From NCBI GenBank assembly GCA_002269645.1, contig NIVC01005104.1, forward strand, positions 1 to 26,233: 26,233 nucleotides of DNA, read 5' to 3'. Below the pieces are notes generated by a model. The model was not told where the DNA came from and searched no databases. It saw only the letters and a program-made list of their open reading frames with translations. A program made the translations under genes and the position numbers. Origin of the DNA: Macrostomum lignano. Taxonomy: Eukaryota. Positions 1 to 7,050 of the stretch are shown here, in pieces. Within the stretch, counting starts at the first letter, position 1, and every line of letters starts with the position of its first letter.

Positions 1-52
1 TTTTTTTCCTGCTCAGGTGTAGCCAGGCTCTCCACACTCCCGAATCCTTAAC

Positions 53-668
53 TTATGATGTGCAGGGGTGGCCTCTGGGAAAAACAGCCGGTTTAGAAAT
101 TAGCTGCCTTACTGACTTTCCTATAGCCGAAGCTGGGATGTTAAGCTTTTTGTCTTGAAGCAATGAGACAAACTCACTCCAGCCTACCGGCTCGTTGGCA
201 CATTTCGAATCCCTCACCGCACTGTGAAACAAATCCAGAATGTTTGAGGAGGGTATTGTCTTCCCAGAAATTTGCGCCTCGCCATTTTCGGACACCCGAA
301 TCAGAGAGGGATTGCCAGATAGGATGGCCCATAGACTGCGGCTCTCGCTTTAAACTTCTGCGCACGGATTGGGTGATCTTTTCCCCCCAGCTGCTTGGCA
401 ATATCTGTTTTCAGCATCTTTGCATCACTCGCAGGTACCGCACCATCCTTTCCAGTCCGCTTGCGCTTGACCAGCAAACTCTTCATCGCATCATGGTACA
501 TGGCAGCTTTCACATCGTCTGGGCAATCCTCGGCAAGCAAAATATCATTGCATTTCCTCTGCGCATATCTCACAGCAGTGTCCATTTCAGACTCGACTGG
601 CTTCAAATTCTGTGTGAGCATGTCGTATTCTGACTTGGGATCAGAACCATCTCTGAGAACTTATTCAT
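53..668 (-). CDS. Conserved Polinton hypothetical protein (~200 aa), split by two 1-nt frameshifts
   Basis: Restoring one base in the run at 637-639 and one in the run at 349-351 joins MNKFSEMVLIPKSEYDMLTQ...DCPDDVKAAMY... (ORF 301-621) to SRSLWAILSGNPSLIRVSENGEAQISGKTIPSSNILDLF...EPVGWSEFV (ORF 53-295). The I.GKTIP.SNI.DL...P.GW.EF pattern is one I recognise from Polinton ORFs. The ATG at 668 overlaps the upstream stop. Confidence 0.7.
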
Positions 669-977
669 TTTGCTTCTTTTTCTTCACTAGCTTTATTAGA
701 ATGTAGAGAATTTTGATAAAACCCGTATTTAGCAGATCCGCAGCTCTTCTATGTGTAGAAATTTTGCGGATTATTTGCTTTTGCTTCACCAGCGCTGCCT
801 TTTGAGTGAGTGAGAACGACAGAGTGTTTTGCAATAGGTTATAGCAGGCCTCAATGAGAAATTCACGTACGGCTTTTGGACCCGCTCTGATCAACAGACG
901 TTTAAAGCTGATGGAATATTTCGGTGACGCGAGAACATCAAACAAACTTTCATGTGAGTCAAAGTTTCCATTATCAT
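661..977 (-). CDS. Small basic Polinton protein (~105 aa) downstream of the ATPase; one 1-nt frameshift
   Basis: The C-terminal part of track ORF 661-1416 (RLLIRAGPKAVREFLIEACYNLLQNTLSFSLTQKAALVKQKQIIRKIS) resembles the small K/R-rich ORF that follows Polinton ATPases. ATG at 977/971 (METLTHMKVCLMFSRHRNIPSAL) joins it if one base is restored at the run 901-903. Confidence 0.6.
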
Positions 978-1024
978 TAGTGTTGCAGAATATAGAACAA
1001 ATGGCAAAATCTCGGCTGTTATTC

Positions 1025-1678
1025 TTAAGTGTAAACCAGGTGGGGTCGCTGATTGGGCAGGATTCGAGCCCGGACCGCAGCTCATCAGGGGTGGAAGGGT
1101 GAAAATCCAGGAGCAGGTAGGCTCCCCTGCCGTGCGATGTCACGTGCTTGAACACTGACAGCAGAAATCCGGGCTTCCCAGCAAAGCACTGCCTGCCCAG
1201 CGCTGCAATCTGCAGCTGGTCTCTGGGGTTCTTCATGATCACAAAGTACATCGCATTCAGACTCATTGTTCGCAACTCCTTCCCTTTAAAAAATACATTT
1301 TGGGTGAGCATAACCAGAAAGCAGGGCAAATGATGGGCAATTCCAGTGAAAACATTTCGCATTGCAGCAGAATTGGAAGTTTCTTCAATCAGGTCATCAT
1401 AATACAACCAGGTCATTGGGTCTCAGTGCGGTCTCGATACTGCTGGGAAATCCCTGCTGCAGGTGCACGCCGAGACTGCTGAGCTCAGAGTGTGCTGCTT
1501 GTGAAATCCCGTAGTACCACAGAACTCTCCCAGGCTTCACATCAAACAGGACATCCTTGTATTGTATCAGATGTTTCACGAAGGTTGTCTTTCCTGCATT
1601 TGTAGGCCCGCTGACAATCATGCAGCTTCCCTGTCGCAGGCGCACATCATAACAGTTTATCCGCTCACGTGTTTCCAT
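1025..1678 (-). CDS. ATP: FtsK/HerA (A32-like) DNA packaging ATPase, with two opposing frameshifts
   Basis: Walker A SGPTNAGKT. Walker B LVVL|DDL is split by one extra base near 1399-1401. It continues through HHLPCFLVMLTQNVF, SLNAMYFVIMKNPRD and YLLLDFHP. Restoring one base at 1075-1076 gives the typical C-terminus ELRVRARILPNQRPHLVYT with stop at 1025-1027. Confidence 0.92.
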
Positions 1679-1689
1679 TGCCTGTTGAG

Positions 1690-2229
1690 CTAAATCCCTA
1701 ATTTTGAAAGTCTAATTAAATTTCTTTTTCTTAAGCAACTCTCAAACCTTTGCAGCATTCTCTCATTCAAGTGGCTCTGCTGATTTGCATGGAGGTGCCG
1801 CAGAACCCACTCAAACGAGCGCTTGAAACGAAACTTTTGATAGGCAAACAAGAGACAGAACAAACCGCATTTAGCAGAGTTGCAGCTCTGAATTCGATTC
1901 ACATTGCTACGTAAGTAGAATGGAGAATACCAAAAGGATTTCAGTGCTCTGTGAATGATCTCTAAAGTGCTGGAGTCCCAGCCCAGAGAGTTAAAGAGTT
2001 CTATGGAATTCTCCTTATCAGCATAACAAACCACCCAGTGACCGAAGGATGAGCTGTACTGAAGCAGAAAGAAAATAAACTTACATCGAGATAAATTTCT
2101 TTTGAGAGTTGCTCGCTGAATAATGTTTAAAGCATAAGATGTTTTATTTATTGAATTCAAGACAATAATTAAACTGTTATTTTGTGGCAAAAAGCTTTTA
2201 GCCAGTTTAAGCAGTTGAAAAGCATCCAT
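1690..2229 (-). CDS. PRO: Adenain-like (clan CE) maturation cysteine protease
   Basis: Motifs GHWV (H64), ELFNSLG (N80, at the usual acidic position), RIQ (Q114) and CGLFC (C121). It lies between the capsid and ATPase genes. Confidence 0.88.
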   Translation of the reverse strand: MDAFQLLKLAKSFLPQNNSLIIVLNSINKTSYALNIIQRATLKRNLSRCKFIFFLLQYSSSFGHWVVCYADKENSIELFNSLGWDSSTLEIIHRALKSFWYSPFYLRSNVNRIQSCNSAKCGLFCLLFAYQKFRFKRSFEWVLRHLHANQQSHLNERMLQRFESCLRKRNLIRLSKLGI

Positions 2230-2252
2230 ATTAGCGTTGCGCCAGCGTACTC

Positions 2253-3535
2253 CTAGGATGGAAAATCTAGCAGAATCTCCCTGTGCTTGGTGACCTCAAT
2301 CAGTGAGTCATACAGGCACATAACAATCAGAGATACAGGCTCCTCCAGGGCCTGTCGGAAGCGAATCTCCAGCCGCAAATTGCCCTCCTTCTGTCCGTAC
2401 CACAGGGCCGCTCCCTCAGGCGTGAGATCGAATGCGAAAGCTGTGTTGCCGTTGGAGAACAACTGGTAGGGGACCCACGGAACCGAGTTGGTAGGGCTGG
2501 CTGACTGACAGCTTTTCAGGTAGTGCAAGTACTCTCTCACGAATGAATTATTCTCAGGTGCAAATGCAGCGTGGCACATGGCTTCACCACCTTTCTTTAG
2601 TGCTAGCTGACTGAGGTCGAAGCTCTGGAACTCGAAGGGGCTGGAATGGTGATGGCCATTGAAGGCTCGGTGGTTCACGAAGACCAGCATAACGAACTTA
2701 GGCAGTTTGCCATGGGTGAATCCTTCAATGTTTTTTGACTGAATTCCCTGTGGTAGAATGAAGTTTTGCATTTCGGTTCGCTCGATGGGGTAGAGTGCGT
2801 TCTGATTGGTAAGTCCCTGTTCATGCGCCAGGCTGATGTGAGGCGCCACTTTGACTCGGCGCAGGTTCAGAATGCAGTGGGAGATTTCCATTCGGTAGGC
2901 TGTGTTGTTCTCATCTGGGGTTCGGATGGCGAATGCAGTATCGCTGGGCATCAGCTTGATGTGCAGGTGTAAATTGTTCAGCAGCAGAACAGGACACTGG
3001 AAAATGTCGCAGAGCAGTGGTCCCGCATACTCCACCCAGCGGGACTCCCTGTGTCTCTCGGCATGCCCCTCAGCAGCAGTTTCGGGTTCCAGGAATCCGG
3101 CGGGTAGAACTTTAACTGCTGAGCATCGGATGAGCTCATGAGAGCTTTTAGGTAGGCATGGTAGGGGTAGAGCTGGTCTCCACCTGATACAATGCGCTGG
3201 TTGATGCTCACGATTACATCTGAGAATGCCGTAGACAGGACAAAGTTTTCTGGGTGCACCCCACTGTCTCTGCGCTCAGTGACAACTCCATCGGCATTTC
3301 GAACCTCCTCCCTCATCAAAGCCCCGCCAAGCCGGACTAGGCGACAGCGAATATACAGGAATGAGCTCAGCAGATCAGTGTACTCATCAGCCGATGGATG
3401 ACAGTCGAATTCAATAGGTGAGTTAGTAGCAATAGAGTTCACGGGGTGAATATCAACATATGTGGATTTTTCAATGGCAGTCTGCAGCACGGGGGACTTG
3501 AATAAATCGAGTCTCGGGTTGAATCCGTAAGCCAT
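2253..3535 (-). CDS. PY: Polinton double jelly-roll major capsid protein (~427 aa), one 1-nt frameshift
   Basis: N-half LDLFKSPVLQTAIEKSTYVDIHPVNS...IEF...EYTDLLSSFLY...YPYHAYL (ORF 2978-3535). C-half LLLNNLHLHIKL...LRRVKVAP...YPIERTE...GKLPKFVMLVFV...SPFEFQ...FAFDLTP...GNLRLEIRF (ORF 2253-3035). The halves join in frame (FYP-AGFLEPE) if one base is restored at the run 3102-3104. Confidence 0.92.
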
Positions 3536-3578
3536 TGCTATGAGAGCGAGTCCAGAACACGTTTAACAGTCTTTTTGC

Positions 3579-3947
3579 TCACTTTTTGCTTTCCTTTGCC
3601 TGTTTTCTTGCTTTGAGTTTTAGACCTCCCTTTCTTAGGTTTATTTCGCCCTGACTGGCTTCTTTTCGGTGATTTCTCCGTCTTACTCTTTTTCTTCTTT
3701 TTGTCTGCTTCTTACTGCCCTGTTTGACTAGTCGCTGCTTTGGTCTGTTTCTATTGCTTCTGCTGTTGCTGCTGCTACCGCTGGCGGTGGTATGCCCTGG
3801 CTTTGATAGCGATGTTGACTTTGTGGAAGCTTCTGGAGGAGGCTGGTAAGTCATAATTCCTGGAAAACTCCCACAGCCATAGAGCGCCGGCTTTTGGCTT
3901 CCTGCCAGAGTCCCTGAATACTGACGAATCAGCTGTTGGTAGTTCAT
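3579..3947 (-). CDS. Basic (K/R-rich) putative virion core/DNA-condensing protein
   Basis: 122 aa with a C-terminal half very rich in Arg/Lys (KKQTKRRKRVRRRNHRK). It sits between the minor and major capsid genes. The function is inferred from composition and position. Confidence 0.6.
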   Translation of the reverse strand: MNYQQLIRQYSGTLAGSQKPALYGCGSFPGIMTYQPPPEASTKSTSLSKPGHTTASGSSSNSRSNRNRPKQRLVKQGSKKQTKRRKRVRRRNHRKEASQGEINLRKGGLKLKARKQAKESKK

Positions 3948-4735
3948 TGTATTAGCCTTTCCCGAATATAAACTGTGAGCAGAACAGTCAGTGAGTAGCC
4001 AAAGATGTCACGCAGTTGAAATCTAATGCCATGTAGAAAATTAGCTTTCTGAATCGGGAAGAATATTGCTTTCTTAAACACTTTGCTCATGTAGCTGCCC
4101 CATTCGACATCGGATGACATGCTCACAGTTCGCAGCACGGAGTTCCAGTTACAGTTTGTTCGCTCCACAATGCTGCAGTGCAAGTTGATCAGGTTGGTGG
4201 GCGGACAACCGATGCAGCAGAGTGACACTTGCCGTCCGGGTGGGATCTTCACAGGCTGGTTTCCGAATCCCAGCCACTGCAGAATTTTACTTGATGGAAG
4301 GAACAATTCTGCTCGAGCCGTGTTGTTGAGCACTACCGTTCTCAACTCTTGGATTTCAAACTTTATGCCAATATCTATAGCGCTGCTTCGCCCCATTAAA
4401 CCGGACTCATCAGCTTCCATTTCAGACTCCCTTTCGCTCATTGCATCGAAGAACAGTGACTCAGAGTTGGCCAGCAGCTCATTCATGCGCTCAACCAGTT
4501 CCTCCACTCTAGCAAAGCGTCCGGGTTGAAGAACCAGGGCCTCATGCTCTCTTCCATCTGAGACAGTGAAGCAGTAAGGCTCGTCAACATTGAACCATGC
4601 AGCAGGCAGATGGATTTCAGCCAGACCTGCCTCATAGTCCACATTTCGATCCAAGTAAATAGGTGAAGGCAGGTGAAAATGAAAGTCACTAGGAGTACCT
4701 TCAGCATTTTCGCTACAAATGATGATGCTTCTCAT
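3944..4735 (-). CDS. PX: Polinton minor capsid (penton, single jelly-roll) protein
   Basis: N-terminal PSDFHFHLPSPIYLD..YEAGLAEIHLP and C-terminal FFPI...IRFQLRD...VYIR fit the Polinton penton pattern. The likely ATG is at 4735 (the track start at 4753 is GTG). Confidence 0.8.
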   Translation of the reverse strand: MRSIIICSENAEGTPSDFHFHLPSPIYLDRNVDYEAGLAEIHLPAAWFNVDEPYCFTVSDGREHEALVLQPGRFARVEELVERMNELLANSESLFFDAMSERESEMEADESGLMGRSSAIDIGIKFEIQELRTVVLNNTARAELFLPSSKILQWLGFGNQPVKIPPGRQVSLCCIGCPPTNLINLHCSIVERTNCNWNSVLRTVSMSSDVEWGSYMSKVFKKAIFFPIQKANFLHGIRFQLRDIFGYSLTVLLTVYIRERLIQ

Positions 4736-4765
4736 AGTTGGGAATGGCTGCACAATGTCGGTATC

Positions 4766-5833
4766 TTACACTTTTCTTAAGTCCTTCTCATCCACCCAGT
4801 CAGTGGACTTGTAGCCGGCCCACTTGACGAGATATCGGATCTTTCCCTTCCGCTTCTCAGTCTTCAGAACCTTCTCGATTACATACAGCCGCTGCGAGTC
4901 CGGAACAGCTTGCAGCTCATGCTCGTGGAAGAGGCCTCTAATGTCTTCCCCCTTCATGTCTCGAATCCTGTACATGTAGGGATAATGCTTTGGTGCCCTA
5001 AACACTATGGTGTACACCTCCTCGCTCCAGTTCGCCTTGTATCCCTTCCTGAAGAGTCTGGGTGCATTGGAAATCCGCACTGATTGGTTTTCACAGAACT
5101 TCGGTTTTCTCAGTTTCTCAACTGTCTCAATCGCTTTCCCATCATAAAGGTTCATCCACACTTCAGTCTCGTTTGCTTTGCTGACATTCATTGGTGTAGT
5201 CTTGATGCTTCTGTGGAAAGTATTGTTATAGGACTTGACCAGTTTAGGCAGCACATCAAGCCATTGTAGAGTGCTGTTGTGAGTAAAGTAACGCCACATC
5301 TTGCTTTTTAAAGTTCGATTCCATCTTTCAATTATGGCTGCTTTGTGCTCACTGCTAGTTGGAAACGCCAGAATCCCCCGGTCTATGCAGAACTGGCGAA
5401 AAATTGCGTTGACAAACTCCTTTCCCTGATCTGTGCGGACAGTCCGCGGCTGCCGCTTTGAGCTCTTCAGCATGCTCTCAAACGCAGATTTCACTTCTGC
5501 CGCGCTCTTAGACTTCAGTGCTCGGGCCATTGCAAATTTAGATAAAACATCAATGCAGGTGAGAATGTATTTATGCCCGCGATTATACTTTGCAAACGGA
5601 ATCATTTCCACCAGATCCATCTCCCACTGATCATCAATGGCCCTCACTATTATTGGCGCCCTTGGAAATCGTACTCTAGCTGGCTTATGCAGAGTGTGTA
5701 CTGGCTGCTGACTTAGCCACTGCTCAATGCTCTTGACTCCAATATGCTCGCCTCTTTTTCGCAGTTCATGTTGCAGTTTTGAAGAACTGCAATAGCTCGC
5801 AGGCTGATTTGGATTGAAATAAATTTTTTCCAT
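4766..5833 (-). CDS. INT: Polinton rve (DDE) integrase with C-terminal chromodomain, intact
   Basis: N-terminal IYFNPNQPASY. Catalytic WEMDL, RTDQGKEF and AAIIERWNRTLK. Chromodomain YVIEKVL...YLVKWAGY...WV. ATG at 5833. Confidence 0.95.
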   Translation of the reverse strand: MEKIYFNPNQPASYCSSSKLQHELRKRGEHIGVKSIEQWLSQQPVHTLHKPARVRFPRAPIIVRAIDDQWEMDLVEMIPFAKYNRGHKYILTCIDVLSKFAMARALKSKSAAEVKSAFESMLKSSKRQPRTVRTDQGKEFVNAIFRQFCIDRGILAFPTSSEHKAAIIERWNRTLKSKMWRYFTHNSTLQWLDVLPKLVKSYNNTFHRSIKTTPMNVSKANETEVWMNLYDGKAIETVEKLRKPKFCENQSVRISNAPRLFRKGYKANWSEEVYTIVFRAPKHYPYMYRIRDMKGEDIRGLFHEHELQAVPDSQRLYVIEKVLKTEKRKGKIRYLVKWAGYKSTDWVDEKDLRKV

Positions 5834-6001
5834 TTTCAGAAACAAAGAAACATTTTTTTTTAGGTTTTCTTAAGACATTGAAAATGTATAGCGCATGTGA
5901 AAGCAAGCATATATTTTTTATTTTCAAACAAAGAGATGGAAAGCAGGTCTGGATAAAAAGCTCGTAGCACAGAGTTTGTCTCAATGTCAGAGGGTCTGCA
6001 A

Positions 6002-6769
6002 TCAGTCGAAGCACGGCCTGGGCAGCTTCATGGCGTCCAATCTGCGCAGAGCGAACGGCGGCTGCTTGCGTTTCCTGGCGTTCTCAGCGGCGGCTGCTTG
6101 AGCTCGGAACTGGTACCAGACTGGGTCCTCTTGCAGATCAGTGTCCTGCCGAGGAATCGCTCCAGCTGCAGGCTTGGTCAGTTGCAGAGGCGTTGAAGTG
6201 GCAAACGCTGTGTCGATTTGCAGATTGGATGGCATGCCAGCCACATCGCCAGCAGCAGCAGGAGCATCGTCCTCCGCCTTCACTACCGGCTTGGTCTCTT
6301 CCGCGTTTTCGCCAGCACCGTCTTCATTTTCGATGCTGTTGGAGGAAGATCCAGACTCCAGCTCGTATACATCGGAAATCTCACGTGGAGCCGATAGCTG
6401 CTCGTCGATCCAATCCGCGTACTGCCACAGCTTTCGCCACAGCGGCGGTGTCAGCGGCACGGTGTTCCGCTTAAGAAACTCGTCGCAGCAGTCCTCCGGC
6501 AATCGCTTTAACCAGATAATGCCGTTTTTCACTTCGATGAACTTATCGAAGCCGAGTTTGACAACCTTTGGCTGTTTGTCCAAGGCCGCCTTGACAAGCG
6601 ATCGCTTCAACTCCTTGAGCTTCTCCCACTGACGGATGTTCAAATTGAAGCCGGGGACTCCAGGTTTCAAACTCGCAGTGCTGCCATGTCGGTAAAATTT
6701 TCTGATAGCAATGAACATAACTCCTTCATACTCCTGTATTTGGAGTTTATATCCTTCGCCGATGTCCAT
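6002..6769 (-). CDS. Tandem PC4/Sub1-like ssDNA-binding protein with an acidic low-complexity C-terminal tail
   Basis: First domain DIGEGYKLQIQEYEGVMFIAIRKFY...KPGVPGFNLNIRQWEKL matches the PC4 pattern (idIRefy...kPgkkGisL..eqw..L). A second, degenerate copy ends in TVPLTPPLWRKLWQYADWIDEQL. Confidence 0.75.
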   Translation of the reverse strand: MDIGEGYKLQIQEYEGVMFIAIRKFYRHGSTASLKPGVPGFNLNIRQWEKLKELKRSLVKAALDKQPKVVKLGFDKFIEVKNGIIWLKRLPEDCCDEFLKRNTVPLTPPLWRKLWQYADWIDEQLSAPREISDVYELESGSSSNSIENEDGAGENAEETKPVVKAEDDAPAAAGDVAGMPSNLQIDTAFATSTPLQLTKPAAGAIPRQDTDLQEDPVWYQFRAQAAAAENARKRKQPPFALRRLDAMKLPRPCFD

Positions 6770-6845
6770 GACTTAAAATCTAACAGAATAAACTATCTCG
6801 TCGAAAAAAATCGTTTTTTCATGAATCAAAGAGATTTTTTGGTCC

Positions 6846-6852
6846 TTATATA
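6846..6852 (-). promoter_or_regulatory. TATA box (TATATAA) for the PC4-like gene
   Basis: About 80 nt upstream of the ATG at 6769, next to the terminal repeats. A minus-strand AATAAA (5917-5922) follows the stop codon. Confidence 0.55.
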
Positions 6853-6888
6853 GACTAAACCACTGCAGCAGACATACAGCAATAGAAA

Positions 6889-7050
6889 AACATAGGCCTA
6901 TGTTGTCTCACTAAGGCCCCATGGAATTTCCATGGCTTTCCCTGCGGCAGAGTCCACCAATGCATTTACATAGGCGCTATGTTTACACACATAGGCCCGT
7001 GGTTTTCCCACGGATATTCCTGCGGCAGAGTCCACATTTCCCCTACTACT
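6889..7050. repeat. Polinton terminal region (probable TIR) with two ~78-bp palindrome-rich subrepeats
   Basis: CCTGCGGCAGAGTCCAC occurs at 6941-6957 and 7019-7035. There is a 16-bp perfect palindrome at 6889-6904, and the region ends in CTACTACT. The matching left TIR cannot be seen in this window. Confidence 0.8.

Larger units (their letters stand above)
1..7050 (-). mobile_element. Polinton/Maverick (adintovirus-like) element, right-hand part; left end and pPolB lie outside the window
   Basis: Co-oriented rve integrase, minor and major capsid, cysteine protease and FtsK-like packaging ATPase genes. The run ends at CCCCTACTACT (7040-7050), which reads AGTAGTAG from the end on the minus strand, the known Polinton terminal repeat type. 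Host gene sequence starts at 7051. Confidence 0.93.

Noticed and set aside
661-1416. Track ORF of 251 aa as a single ATPase with a novel C-terminal extension
   Set aside because: It is a chimera made by indels: the ATPase middle, a short out-of-frame linker, and the separate downstream small basic protein.
4766-4920. Chromodomain on the integrase as a novelty
   Set aside because: This is a standard feature of Polinton integrases.
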